From Auanema rhodensis (taxonomy: Eukaryota; Animalia; Nematoda): DNA of 64,000 bases. The DNA is taken from NCBI GenBank assembly GCA_964057225.1, contig OZ059899.1, positions 5,456,001 to 5,520,000 on the forward strand, in the 5' to 3' direction. The notes under the pieces are model-generated. The model saw only the letters and a program-made list of their open reading frames with translations. It was not told the DNA's origin and made no database searches. The translations under genes were made by a program, and so were the position numbers. Positions 11,916 through 25,909 of this stretch are shown here, piece by piece. Each line of letters opens with the position of its first letter. Within the stretch, counting starts at the first letter, position 1.

Positions 11916-14027
11916 TCATGAAGACAATAGATGCTTGCTGATGTGATCCAATTTGAACAAGCGAAACAGATCTACACTGTGATATGTGAGTATCATTGTT
12001 TGATAAACCTCCTATAAAAAATTAAAATATCACTAATAAGCTAGTATAGAAACGTACGAAAATCGAGCCCATCAGCAAAATAATATTTCCCATTCTCTCG
12101 GCCTTATTCTCACGATTCTTTAAAAATTAAAAAAAAATTAAATGGAAAAAAGGATATACATACTTCGTAATAAGCATTTAATCCTATCAGTAAACCTTTC
12201 TCATGTTCCTTGGCTATTGCCCTCATATGCTGTGTGTAATCACAATAGCCTGAAAAGAAGATCACGATATATAAAAATTTGAAAAGAATCCATATTATTG
12301 TTCATTGGTCATTTACTTTGAAACTCACCCATCTTCCAAACGCAAAAAGCTTTTAAAGCAGCATATTCAACTTGATCAACTTTATATTCGAAAAACGGTT
12401 GAACAATTGCGAAATAAAATCGTTGAATAACGTCCAAAAACAGTCTGAAAACCAAGTATAAAATAGTTACAATACTAAATTTCACCTAGATTTTTCTTCC
12501 CTGTTCATGCCAACTTCGTCCTCCCACCCATGACTTAAATCTTGCACAGATGAGACGCTACCATCGGTATAAAGTATAACCTAACACACATTTTCAAATG
12601 TTTACTTGAAAAAAAGAATTAACGGAACCTTATCTTCTAATTTCGTTGCTTGTGAGGTAATCCATGCAATATCTAAAATGCAAAATGACATAGTAGCTGT
12701 CCGAAAGAAAACAATCTTAAAATAAATATAATTCAAACTAGTTATAAAAGACCTCAAACTCTTTCTTCTGTTGTTAACTGCTCATATCCAGGACATCCTT
12801 GGCAGTATTCAAACGCCAATAAATGATCAAATTTTTGTCCTTCTACTTGTCCTTTTATAGTATGTGGATGACTACTTTCCAAAGAATACGGCTAAATATA
12901 TGAGTGCTAACAGAAAATTACGTTCAACCCATACCACAGACTTATAACTACCGGCCATAGCCCGAAAAGGGTCATCAGTGAACATGATACATCTTCGATC
13001 CATAGCTTTTCGAAGCTAAATATCATACTTTTCTCAAAATATTCCCTAGTTTAATCGTACCTCGTTGACATAATGTGTTAAAAGATCTGAGCCAGAAATA
13101 CCTAACGTAAGTGCCTGTTCTAGAATGCCGAATAATAAGGAATAGCACCTTAAGGATATTTCAACCTTTCATTGAGCCGATTGTCAGATTTGCTTCTGAT
13201 GAAGAAGTTGACAGTTGGTCTTGCATATCAAAACGAGGCAAATTGGAAGGTGATGCGCTCATAGAACTAGACTGGAGAGAATATGATGGACATGATGATA
13301 ATCCTGATGACGAAGGCATCATCTCAGGACTAGCACCTGAACTTGCGTTGTCTACAAATGAATCATTATTATATATCATTTTGTTCAATATTTCAATATT
13401 CAACGGCTTCATCAATGGTTTTGATATACTTACATAAGATTGTAGTAGGTGCATCAACATCAAATATCATTGCCTCTTTGGAATCTCCGTTTGAGCGCCT
13501 TTTTAGAACATCTAAAAGAGGCGAACAGGTTGTCATACTCAGAACTCTTCTTAAAATATCTTACGTTTTCGTTTCATGCCAGCATGAAGACATTTAACAA
13601 ATCGACAGCCACGACATGACATGCGATATTCTATGAAATTTTTTTAAAGTATTACTTTACTATATCGTACCATAATAAATGCGACATTTCCCATTTTTCT
13701 TACATATGAATTCCAATTCCAATGCAACAGTTCTTCTGCAAATATTAAAGTTAATCAAATAAAAATTTAAAAATCGGGTAAATGCAATCAGTGAACAACG
13801 TTAGTAAAGTTAACATTGAAAAATGTTTCTATTGATTGCATTGTTATCTAATGATTAGCATATCACGTGGTATTGTCAACGCAGTACACGTAAACGTACC
13901 TGAAAAACGCGGCACACGCTAAACAGGATATACTACCAAAATGAGAAGAAGCAACAGGATGTGAACATACATGACATGCTTGTCCTGAGCTTTTATCGTC
14001 TAAAATCAATTGAGAGTCTGAATGCAT
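11916..14027 (-). CDS. Nematode nuclear hormone receptor (C4 zinc-finger DBD + LBD)
   Basis: Exons give CHVCSHPVASSHFGSISCLACAAFFR-RTVALELEFICKKNGKCRIYY-EYRMSCRGCRFVKCLHAGMK, a Ser-rich hinge (ORF 13161..13463), then LBD exons ending ...SVDLFRLFKLDHISKHLLSS*. The start at 14027 is the nearest in-frame ATG and is uncertain. Confidence 0.9.
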
Positions 14028-14763
14028 GAATGAAAATTATTCAAACGGCTAGAAATACTGTCTATTTGCCAATGCGCGGCACTTGTAGAAGCGTTGCAAA
14101 ACTATCTAAGACGGGTGCGCAATGAAATTTTCAAATAAACGAATTACAGCATGTTCACATTAGCGATTGTTTGTAAAAGTGAAATTGTGCATTATATACA
14201 AATAATTTGGGTATATGAAGTAATATATAAAATTCAAACCTAAAATAGCTGGAATGGCAGTGATATTAGTTTCCATATGTGACTAGAGTATAGTTGATGA
14301 TTAGTCTATCTATCAATCTAGTCAGGGGAGCTAAGAACGAGAAAAGACAGCATGTAGTGTCACTCTTGTGCGGTTCTCTCTCCGACGATAGCAGGATTGA
14401 TAAGGACAGCGAAAATTGTAAGAACGGTACAGTAGAGGGTCGCTCACATAATTGTTGACGTCATGTAGCCTTGTGAATGTAGCTAACTAACACATAAGGC
14501 ATCTTTTAAAGTTGCGTGACTAGATTTTCCTACAACAAGTACATTTTCTTCTTCTTTCCTTTCCAACTGTATTAATATTCTTCTCTTTCGATTGCGTTGT
14601 TTGCCCATATAGACTAGACATAGACTGCGAATATAGCATGCCAAATTATATTGAAAACTATATTGTTTAAGATTTAAATAATTTTATATTTATAACGTCA
14701 ACAATTAAGATAACAAACAATATATAACTACATAATATCCTATGTGACTATATAAACGACACA

Positions 14764-15393
14764 TTATAATGATGGTTCAACAAGATTTTCAGTAGTTTTG
14801 ATGTCATTGATACGTAGAACGGTGGCCTCTTTACTAAGCCCTGAAAACTTTTGTTTTTCATTGCGATCATTGTTATTATCGTATTCAGCATCGTCATTCA
14901 AACTCACAATTAATACTTTTCATTTGATAGTGATTGTTGTGATAATAACGTAGTTCGGGATTTGTAGTACTCTTTTCAACTACTGTTGCTGTAACAGAAA
15001 CAGAACTTTTATCTAGTAAAGGCCGCCCGAACACGGAGAAATTGCTTCCACCAACCATTAACACCTATAACTTCATTTTAGCGGAAGTAAGGAGAAACAT
15101 GTGACTAACCTTATCTAAATTAATTCTGTCTCCGATACTTAAAGGCACACTCCCTTGAAGGGAAATAAGGTCTCCCTGGCCAACTTTCCATTGTCTTCCG
15201 TTAACATATACAACAGCAAACAAACGATTTTGCTGATCACAGGTTTCCTCCAGGATCAAAGAAGATACCTAGATAATTGGTGGGATAAATTGTATTCTGA
15301 GGTTACAAAGAGAACCTTCTTAGCTAATCCTTCATCGATAACTTCAGCTTTAGTAGCAAAACGACGAAAAGTGGTAAAGCCAACCCTAAGCAT
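14764..15393 (-). CDS. mrpl-21: Mitochondrial ribosomal protein bL21m
   Basis: L21 signature RLFAVVYVNGRQWKVGQGDLI...GDRINLDKVLMVGGSNFSVFGRPLL...VTATVVEK...TVLRINDI. Mitochondrial-type presequence MLRVGFTTFRRFA. Confidence 0.93.
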
Positions 15394-15576
15394 TCTTTTT
15401 TCTAGAATTAGCTAATTAAAAAAAAAGAGACACAGGAAATGTAGCAATATCGAAATAACGATATATAAAACAATAAGGTATTAAAAATTGAAATTAGTAT
15501 TTTTGATAAAAAAATAGCAAAAATTCAAAATGAAGTATACACGAGACCAATATCACAGTGAAAGCTATTCAACAGC

Positions 15577-16286
15577 TTAACAACTTCGAGTAAAACAACT
15601 ACCACCCAATCCTTCTTCTTGTTGATATATCTAAAGAAACAAACTCGCAAAATAGAAAAAAAAACATGAAAAGTACCTGTTCAGCTAACTGAGCAAATGA
15701 TGCTTTTTCATCTTCAGTTAACGAGCTCATTAATTGTTCAACATTTGAACCAAGACCCATTGCCTAAAAGTGACAAGCCTAAAAGTGAATTCAGATTAAG
15801 ACTAAACCAGTAGTCTTCGATCCAGTTCGTCATCTGACATTGTGTATTCGTCAATTGTATCCTTCAAAACTTTTTTCATGTACTCTTCGTGCTCCGGCTC
15901 ATCATCAGAATCCAAAGGTTCACCACCGTCTTCCTCTGGATTGCTTATTCCACCCCCTGAAAATATTTTCTTAGAAAACGGTACAAATACTATTAACATA
16001 CCTGGCATTTCATCAGTTTCTCCTCTGACAAACTTATTCATATGCTCTTCAAATGTATCTGTTGGCTTTCCTTCAAACTTATGTCCTTCCAATTGTTGTT
16101 TCACACAATTTTTATAAAAAATTTCGGTACACGCATTATGCTTCTCATTACGATAACATCTAATTAAAACATACTTTAATTATAAAATATCATAAAACCA
16201 TACTTCATGCTGCAGTAATTAATATTACATTTTGGACAACAATATAACTCTCTTCGTTCCGTTGGACAAAACTGACACACCTGCAT
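15577..16286 (-). CDS. Zinc finger HIT-domain protein, ZNHIT2-like (short)
   Basis: MQVCQFC...YCCPKCNINYCSMKCYRNEKHNACTEIFYKNCVKQQL, a zf-HIT followed by C-x-E-x-FY, then PLDSDDE and SLTEDEKASF motifs as in ZNHIT2. Confidence 0.85.
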
Positions 16287-16461
16287 CTGAAAATATTAAT
16301 TCATTCTTTTTCTTATTGTTAAATAATTTAAGGTATGATACGGTATAGTAAAAGAACTATCAAAATTGTCAATTCAATTAAAGCAATTTCATAACAAATT
16401 TAACAAAAGTAACAAATAATTCAACAACATATATTAATTTGAATAAGACTCATGATTTTCA

Positions 16462-18119
16462 TTAATCTTCGTCGTCAGTATCATCGTTATCATCTTCATC
16501 CTCATCCTCATCATCATCATCTCGGTCTTCATCGTCGTCGTCTTCAGTTTCATCATTGTCATCTTCATCAGTTTCACTGTTATCATCGCTATCACTATCA
16601 TCATCTTCTTCATCATCGTCATCGTCATCATCGCTTTCGGGGTTATTCTTTTTCCTCTTTTTGTTAGCCAAGAGATCGTCAAAGAATCTATTGAAGAGCA
16701 ACATGAAAAAGAAAATGAAGTAGAAACTAACCCTTCCTTCACGATTGGTTTTCTTTTTTTGATACTATCAGCTCTAAGGATTGGAACATCTTCAAGTAAT
16801 TTTGATAAAGACCAGAACTGAAAAAAAAATATGTAAAAGGACACAATCGGAAAAATTACTTTTAACGTTGAGGCCATTCCTGAATAAGTCACAACATGAT
16901 CACGATCAGGTGCCACCACAATACCATCAATTCCTTCACCCTGTTCTCCATGAGTTCCGGCAACACCTAACCGCTTTGTAGGTAACACATTCAATAATCT
17001 TTACACCAGTGATATTATAAAATAAAAAACCAAAACCAAAACCTCAATTTACTAGAACTTTCGCTTGCAGTGAGAAGAAGACCTTTTCTTAATTGTACTA
17101 TACTTTCAACGCCCTAAAATAAACAAAATACTTTAAATAAAAATATGTATTCTATACCATACTATATCCGCTTTCAATTCTTTCAAGTATATTACCATAC
17201 TCACCATGGGAAAATACTTCAATATGACCATCCCGACTTCCCACATAAACATATCTACAAAAAGAAAAATTGAAACGGAAGAAAAATAGAACAAACTTGT
17301 CAGTTTTAGCAATTGAGAGCAATTCTGAATGCATTGTTTCACTTTTAACACGCATTTTGCATTTCCTGGAGTCATAAGCAACGAGGGTACCTAATAAAAG
17401 TATAAAGTGAACCGTTGTCATCAGTCAAGTATGTAAAAAACAGAAAAATAATTCAAATAAAAAATACCATCTGAGCATGCAGAGAGAAGACTAAACTTAT
17501 TATCTAATTCCAATGCGTTAATACTCTAAAAGCAGAAAATCAAAAAAAAATATATATAGTATACTCCACCTCTTCTTGCTCTTTCCATGTACAAACAAGT
17601 GGATCATTTATTCGAAAGTCAAACGTTCTAATCTATATAAAAAGATCATTAAATGGACTAAATAAGGTATACCCCACCTCCCCACTTTCATCACCTACGC
17701 AAAACTGATGCCTTCTTGCAGCTAATGAAGGAAAGACAAATAGCTTATTCGGTTTGTCCCTAGTTGCTTTCAACATACAGCGAGTCCTTAGAAAAAAATT
17801 CGATGAATATAACGACGGCAAAAAAAAACCTAACACCAGTTTCTAAGTCAAAACTGCATACTGCTTTGCTTCTTGTGATTGCATATACGCCAGTTCCTAT
17901 ACCATCAAACTGAGCATCTCTGATACTTGATTTCATTTGAAACATCCATGATAGCTATCAAATCGAACACATTTATGAAATGTTTTTTTTAATTACCTCT
18001 ATATCAATATCATCATCATATTTATTTAAAGATAAACTTCCATCTGCTGCTCCAATTAGAATACTTTTATTTGATCCAAGGGAGACTGAACTAATAGGAG
18101 CATCCCATTCGACTTCCAT
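16462..18119 (-). CDS. WD40-repeat protein WDR55-like with acidic C-terminal tail
   Basis: WD repeats (CVGDESGEIRTFDFR, LLSACSDGTLVAYDSRK, KSETMHSELLS, VGSRDGHIEVFSHGEYGNILERI), a C-terminal FFDDL motif and a long D/E tract. Confidence 0.85.
16465..16632 (-). repeat. Low-complexity (GAY/GAR)n Asp/Glu tract in the WDR55-like tail
   Basis: DDDDDDDEEDDDSDSDDNSETDEDDNDETEDDDDEDRDDDDEDEDEDDNDDTDDED. Confidence 0.9.
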
Positions 18120-18345
18120 AATCTGAATTTATTAATTGTTTAAATTTCTGTTGAGAGAAAATCTGCAGAACTATTAGCCAGATACGAATACTCAGAGAAG
18201 ATGAATAAAACCTCGAAAAACATATAGAATGATTTCAAAAAATTTATGACAATTTAATACAGCGCATAATACAGACTTATGTTGAGAATAGGAATATTTT
18301 GACCAGTTTAGTTGCACAATAGAAAGTTATATAATGGTAGATTTG

Positions 18346-21300
18346 TTACACTTCATCATCAGAATCTATTATCCGGCTGATTTTCTTCTTAGGGCGCACT
18401 GGTGAAGCGCCAGGTGAAGCTGATTGGCGCATTGCATCACTTTGCTTAGCACTTGGAGCTACTTCATCGAAGCCATTGCTGGTTCCCTCGTCTTCATCGT
18501 CAGATATGACAACTCGCTTACGCTTCTAAAAACAAACAATGAAATAAGAAAAAAAAAAGGAATTATACTACCTTAGAGGCAGTAATGACAACAGGTTCTG
18601 CAGGAGGTAATTCCTGAAAATATTATAGATATAAAATAGGAATAAGTTACACTTACAGTAGTAAACATTCTAGCTCCAGCATCACCCATCTCATCATCAC
18701 TATCAATTAAAACACTACTAATTTTAGAGGATTCCTTAATTTTATAATATTACAAGGAAAAACACTTTAACTTACCTCATTTGTAATGTCAGACAAAACT
18801 GCATTGTTTTTTACTGGCGGATCTGGCTCAGCAGGTCCATCACTAATGTCATCCCGAATAAGATCAGACTCTTCATCAATTTGCTTTTCATTTTTATTCA
18901 AATCTTTCTTTTTATTCAAATCTTCATCTTCCATTTCTTCTTCGTCATCTTCTTCTTCTTCCTCACTTTCACCACTGTTATTTTCATTTTCAGAATCGGA
19001 ATTTGCGATAAAATCTTTTTTCTTCTTCTGGCTTTTTTCTCTTTTTGCAGATCTTAAAAACTTTAAATAAGGATAAACAATTGGAAAATAGGCTAACGGT
19101 TTCTTTTTCTTTTCATAAGGGCATCCAACATAAGCTAATTGCTTGATAATTTTCTGACGTGAGTATTCTCCCTTTCCAGCTTCAGAAAGAGAATTTCTCA
19201 AGTAATCCACAAGATCTTCTGAATCTTTCGTGTATACTTTTAATTAGAGGCTGATCTTACGTTCTTTCAAAGTTTCACTAGCGTTATACTCATCAATAAA
19301 ATCTTTGAAATCAATTATTGGGAAGCTTCGTTCTTTGGCACTTCTTAAGAAAATACGGTCCGGTAAAAGAAAAAAATAAGTTATACCCTTTGTTTATTTT
19401 GGCCCCAAGAGTTTCTAATCCAAGATCACGAAGTTTTCTGTGAATTTGTCTACGTGTTCGTGGCTGAGTCATGTTATGTTCAATGAAATCAAGAACATCC
19501 AAATCTAAAATACATATTGAGGAATAAGTGAAATACGAGAAATACCTGTTGGCCTTTCTTCCATTGACATGTATTCACTATGAAGAGATCTCACTTCATC
19601 TTCTAAATCTTCCGGCCATTTCATTTTATGAATATCTCTATGTCTGTAAGAACAAGCCTAGAGCATAGTAGTGCTCGTTATAACTTACTCATATTTCGTT
19701 TCATACTTATTCTCAATCTCAAATGATTCCTTAGCACCTTTCCAAAATAAGATTTCAGGAGCCAATTTATCACCGATTTCGGCAAAAGCAGCCAAATAGC
19801 TATAATAAAACTGCATATAATCAATGGTGTTTGAAATATATTACCGTTTAAGCAAATGGTAACCAAAAGTGTAAAGTTCAAATAATGGACTTCTTTTACG
19901 TTCATCTTGACTGAAACCTTTCAGCTTTTCATTAACTTGTGAAAAAATACGGAACAGTGATAGCTAAAAACAGTCATAACTTATAAACTCAGAATAAATA
20001 ATATTGATCAGAACCTGATACAAGCGACTGGGCATCTTTAAATCAAACGAAACTCGGTGAAGCATCTTCACTAGAGCTTTGTTCAGTTCAGAGCTGTTCA
20101 CATCAAATTCTCCAAGTAAATATACATACCTTAAAAAACAAATAACAAATAATTAAGAAACTCCAAATTACCATCGTAGAACTTCCGTTCGAGCATATTT
20201 TCCAACATATTCATCGAAGTCAAAGGAAACCTGAAAAAACGGTAATATCCAAAAATATTATAGAAATACTACAAAACCTCTTTAGTTTCGTAATCGATCC
20301 TTTCCTCGTCCTCACTGTCATTCCCTCCTTCATCATCAAAAACTTCTTTACCACGGAATTTTTCATCAGTGACGGTTTCAGCAGTTAGAAGAGCTGACGA
20401 AATCTATAGATATCGTGATGAGAACAAAGAAAACAACCCAAATGGACTTACTTCTTTTAAATCTCCAAAAAATATTTCTCGAATCTCACAAAATTCTTCT
20501 TCAGGAGTCATACCCTTTTCACCGAAAATTCCTGAAACAATTATTTAATAGTATGAATATCTAAGTATTCAACAAAACCTTCGTCGTACCAGATTTCACG
20601 AGAATTGCGATATAATCCAACAGCATTTTGAACATTTTCTTCCCTTAATGCTCTTTGAATATACAACATAGCAAATTGTTGATGCTGCTCATCGGTGACA
20701 TCCAGAAGTGAATTAATAGGTGACTTGTCCGTAGCTGGATCAAGATAACCTATGATACAATCACTCAATTCCTCAGCAATATCTGACCAAAGAGAGTCTA
20801 ACTCTTCGCCATCAATATTATCAACAGGATTAGGCTTCGGTACTTCGTCCTGCTTTTTATTAGCTAAACAACACAAATATTCACCATTAGTAAAAAAATC
20901 AGAATACCTGGTTTTCTAGCTTTTCTCTTTTTCTGTTTCTTGCTTACTGTGGTTAAATTACCCGTTTTAACACTAACTTCCAATAACCGTAGATAATGAT
21001 GACTAGACAAAACTAATTCACGCAGAAAACCTTTAGAGAAAGCTCCAGGCTAAATAAAATCTTTGATTAAACATTATTATGAAAAAAAGAACCATGAATC
21101 TTCGCATAACTCCAGATGTCAAATCACGGTACTCTTCAACTTTCAAAATGTGATCACAAGTTCTCTGTGCTAATTCTCTTTCATCTGGTGAGCCATTATC
21201 AAGCATATTTTGATGCCTAAATGAAAACATTTATAAAAAACCAATAATTTTTACTTACGTTAAGATTAATTCTTTATATGCAGACACAGCATATTGAGCT

Positions 21301-23155
21301 TTAATACCGAATCCTTTGGCTTCCTTCCGCTGAGCAGCAGCATTTTCAAGAGCTTCTTCCAACTGTATTTGTAGATGATGAAAAGCTTCGATACCAAGAC
21401 AAGATGAAACCTGTACAAGAAACTAGTGAACAAAAACCTATATGTGAATACCGAAGAAGTTGATAGCTTAGCAAGTCTAGCATATTCCAGGAAAAATCTC
21501 ATTACTAAAAAATAATGAACATCTGAATTTTTTTGGCCCAATACGCTGCGAGCATTAAACGCCTGGAGATGACAGAAATATACAATATCTTTTAAATATG
21601 CCTACCAATTCCTTCGAATTTTTCATCAAAACATTAAAAGCTTTAGATAATATAAGCTCCACAAATGATTTTAACTGGAGCCTAACTTCAATAGAGGATG
21701 TGTGAGTTTTATCAGAAGATTCAAACGGTCTATAAATGTTTTTCATTAATAAAATAAATAAATCAAACAAAAACATACCTTCTGTTTTTAGCAATACGTT
21801 TCTTGACTTTCCTTTCATCGTTGAATGTTATTTTTGTAATATCTTTAACTACTCTAAATATAATAAATGAATAAAACAATGAATAAAAAAATCTTACTTA
21901 TGAACAACAAAATCATTGTCTCTATTAACTGCCTGTACACCCTTTACCACATATGATCCCGCAAATCTTTGAAAATCAAATAAATAATTAGTTTCTTTAA
22001 AACTTACCTTGTATGTCGGCTTGATAGCACATTTCTCTTTAGTGCTTTGTCTTTATTCATCTCGTTTTCGAAAATCATTTTCATTTCCTCCTCTGCTTTA
22101 CTTTTCTCTTCACGACTCCTTCCTTGAAAAGTTGAAACGATATCAGAAGGAGTCTTAACATAGAACCATATTTTTCATTAAAATATTTTATAAAACATAC
22201 ATGCTCTTTAACGACATATCCAATAATTTGTAAAATTGATAGATGAAAATCACGTTCACTTGAAGTAGATGCTATGTGAGCTAATACCTACGATTTACCA
22301 AACTTTATTTTAAAACATATTATAAATCAATCACCTCCGAGATTTTAGAATCGACAAAAGCTGATATTACTCTATCATGAGTATTGGTTTCCATTTTAGT
22401 TCTCTGCAAGCAATGAATTAGATAACCATTCTGAATCATTGATATACATACTCTATCGTCACCTTTACCACACGGAATTGCGAATATATAGCGGATAAGT
22501 ACAATGATTCTTTCCATAACTAGCTTCTGGTCTTCTGTCCGATCATCCCAATCCTGTTAAATGTTTTTTTTCAATTTCAAATGTTTTTTAACTTACTGTG
22601 TATAAAAAATATTTTTCTAACTTTTTCTTTAAAATAATGAAGAACTCCGGATCGGTAAATGCGGATTTAGTTCGTCTAAACATAAATGATTAAAATTCCA
22701 AATGAACAAGAAAAATAACCTCAAATTTTCTTCCAAAGACCAAAGAATATGATATGATTCTCTATCCTGGGGCGGTTTACCCAGCATACTCATAGCAGCA
22801 GGTTGTACAAGATTGGCTATTAGTCTTAAAATAATAATTTGTTGTATTGAATTCTTCAAAGACGTTATTACAAACCTCAATACAATGTCAAACATTTTTT
22901 CATTATTTTGCTCAGCTTTCATTATATGAATAAGATCATTTTCAACAATGTTTCGTTCTCCGCAAATACGCCGAGCAATCAAATCATCTGTATCATTTCG
23001 TAAAAATCTAATAAGATCTCTGATACTTTCTGAATTAAATTGTTTTACAATTGACTATATATTATATGCAAACCAAAACAATCGGGTTCCTGATAGTAAT
23101 TTCCATCTTCTAAAAAACCTAGAGCTGCTATGGTTCCTTGTATTAGTGTTTCCAT
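18346..23155 (-). CDS. tim-1: Timeless/TIM-1 replication fork protection and cohesion protein
   Basis: METLIQGTIAALGFLEDGNYYQEPDCF-ESIRDLIRFLRND...RRICGERNIVENDLIHI...LIANLVQPA. Also SNRHTRFAGSYVV, ELNKALVKMLHRVSFDLK, LAPEILFWK. More than 20 exons. Confidence 0.95.
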
Positions 23156-23612
23156 TGTTTACTAAAAACTTTTTGATTCCAAATATGATTTTATATTGAA
23201 AAACCCTATAATCAAGCTAAATATTAAAAGTCGTGAAGAATTTTAATACCAAAAGATAACTGTTTCAAAAGCATAAAATTCGCGCCAGTTCTCTCCAATT
23301 TTTCGCACACTACCGTATCAGCAAATTCCTTCGGGGCTTGCCATAAACACTATTATTTAAATTGTTTATTGAATACATGAAGCGCAAGATGTTTATACTA
23401 TATGTTAATAATATTGTAGTACTGAAATGTATACACTTCACTATTTTTTTCTGAAGTTCAATTTGAATTGATGTTGATTTTCTCTCAAAGTGAATGGTAT
23501 AGTAGTTATGATAGTTACAGTTAACTATATTGTTGTAAGAAGAAATTCAATATTATCTTAAACATTTCTAAAAGGTAATTAGTATAAGGTCATGTATAGT
23601 AATTAGTTACTG

Positions 23613-23855
23613 TTATTTATTTATTATTGTTTTAAACTTCTGTTTGTTTTCAACTATTCGATTTCTATCTACAACATCTGTTATCATCACACTATCGCCA
23701 ACATTCCGGAAAACACGATCGTTCGCACATCTATTGCCTACAGATCCATCAAAGTGGAGCTTCTGCTTTCTGAGCTTGGATATGTATTTCTCTTTTACTT
23801 GCTTAGCTAGATTTAAAATAGTTTTGTTTGAGAATAGTCGAATTTCCTTCTCTAA
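23613..23855 (-). mobile_element. Possible decayed LTR-retrotransposon integrase C-terminal fragment
   Basis: Intronless open frame LNLAKQVKEKYISKLRKQKLHFDGS...RVFRNVGDSVMITDVVDRNR resembles the post-core segment of gypsy/BEL integrases. No LTRs seen. Confidence 0.4.
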
Positions 23856-25909
23856 TTAATCATAAAGATATCTTTGTCCTCATACACTTAATTATTGTTT
23901 CAATGTTAATTATTTTGGTTACAATCTATTTTTTCTCTCTATTTTGTTCACTAATTCTGTACATCTTAAATATTAAATTCAAGGTTAGTTAGTAACACAG
24001 CTGTCTAGTAAAATCCGTGAAGTAATCAAAAACTAAAAATAAGAAAAGACAAATGTGTTTTTAATAGCTATTTGATGGAAAATGTTCCATGTGGGCTTGA
24101 AAATAATTAATGACAGTGCAAAAAAAATTTTGATATACTACTTTCTATCTGATAACTTGCTGAGATCAAGTAAATATGATAATTGGTAAGAGATATTTTT
24201 TCTTTCCACAGAGTTTCTTTTTTTTTAAATAAAGAACTATTTAATATTTATCTGATGATATTAACCTTCTTGTTAAAAGAGGCAGTTGTCTGTGGTTGGC
24301 TTTTCGGAACATTAACATGAGAAGATCGAGGCAAGCCGACTAGAACACCTGATTAATCTTGTTGGACATCCAATATCATTGTCGGATGTACTTCGAATCA
24401 TTTTTATTATGTTTAATGCATATTTACAAGTCTGTTCTTCTCATTTCTCTATTTTTCTTGCAAATCTCTTTGATCAATGAATTATTGGTATAATTTAAAT
24501 GTTAAATTATTGTGATTATATCTACTTTTTATATGATATACTTATCTAATTTAAAACGTCAGATGTAATATTAAAGGACATTATTGCTTTCTGTAATAGA
24601 AACATTGTGATTGTTAGTGTCATATGTTATCACTTGGAAGATATACTCGATGACTGATCATATCATTTGATGATATCAAACTTTCTTTATTTTAAATCCG
24701 ATCAATAGCTGAGTTCAAAAAATCGTATCTAAAGAAAATACTTAACTGAAATGTGCGAATGTAATGCGCTAAGCTTTACTAAAAAAAACTATAGATAACC
24801 GTTTTAAAGTACATAAAGACTGCCCTGCTTATTTCAACTATCTTCTTCATCTCAAACTGAAGCTTTTTTGATATTATGAGGGTCTCGTAAAACATAATGT
24901 GAGGTGACATCTACAGGTGAGCTATCCGTCTTTCTCACTCTGAACTTCTTGACATTCAATTCCTGTAGGTAAGCATTTTTTCAATTTGCGTTGGTCTTGC
25001 TTCCATATCTCTAAAAACTTCTCAAAAATTTTCGATGACACATATCATGTCAATTTCGTTTTTCTTGCTCATAATTGACAGATTTTCTTGTGCAAGATGG
25101 TTAGCATCACTGAGATCATCGTTGAAAATTCGATGTCTACACGATGATGAAGAAGAGCACAACCTATTCTGATCTGTTATTTCTTACTCACCATTCACCG
25201 TGACATAGCGCATCGATCATTGTCTTTTCTGATTTTCAAGCTAAGTCAGTTGTGCCGTTTATCTTTCAATCGCCTCTTCTTACATGCCAACAACAACTAC
25301 GTTTCATGTTCTTTCCCTTTCATCTGTTTGCCGTGACACTGTTTATTAATATCTATATTCAATACCTTATGCGATGGCTTCTAATCTCCGGGCTAAAAAT
25401 CAAATTTTTAAAGCATCGATGAAACGTTAATCATATTTGTAATCCAGTACTGATCATTAGAATCATTAGAATCTATTTACTAAAAAAGTTTCACTCGTGC
25501 ACTTTTCTTAAATCTTCTCAAAAATCAGAATGTCTATATTCAAAATTCACTAGCCACTTCAGCCTTGTACGCATAGTAAACTACATGTCCAACCCATAAC
25601 TAGCTTTAGCTTCTTGTAGTCTTTCACAGCTTCAAGAAGAAAAGATTGTCGTCGACCCTCCCCTCCCTATTATCTTATTCGTTTTTTTCTCTTTCATTCT
25701 TTTTTTCTTTTGATTTTCTCCAAAAAATTTATTATCAACTTCTTTATTCTTATTCTGTTGCTCAAAAACAATATTTACACTTTATTCTATTTTCTCATAG
25801 TTTCTGGTTTGTTCATATTTACTATATCCTTCATCATCAAACGTACTTCAATTTTGACTATAATCTACCTTTATTCCTATGTAATAATATATTTAATAGC
25901 ACTATGTAG

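Larger units (their letters stand above)
14764..23155 (-). other. Probable polycistronic (trans-spliced) operon tim-1 > WDR55-like > ZNHIT2-like > mrpl-21
   Basis: Same strand; stop-to-ATG gaps of about 225, 175 and 185 bp; a splice acceptor lies just upstream of each downstream ATG (TTTTCAG|ATG at 16286). Confidence 0.7.

Noticed and set aside
16434-16704. His-rich (+) and Met-rich (-) ORFs
   Set aside because: Antisense and alternate-frame shadows of the WDR55-like Asp/Glu codon tract
18786-19070. Ser-rich plus-strand ORF
   Set aside because: Antisense shadow of an acidic tim-1 exon
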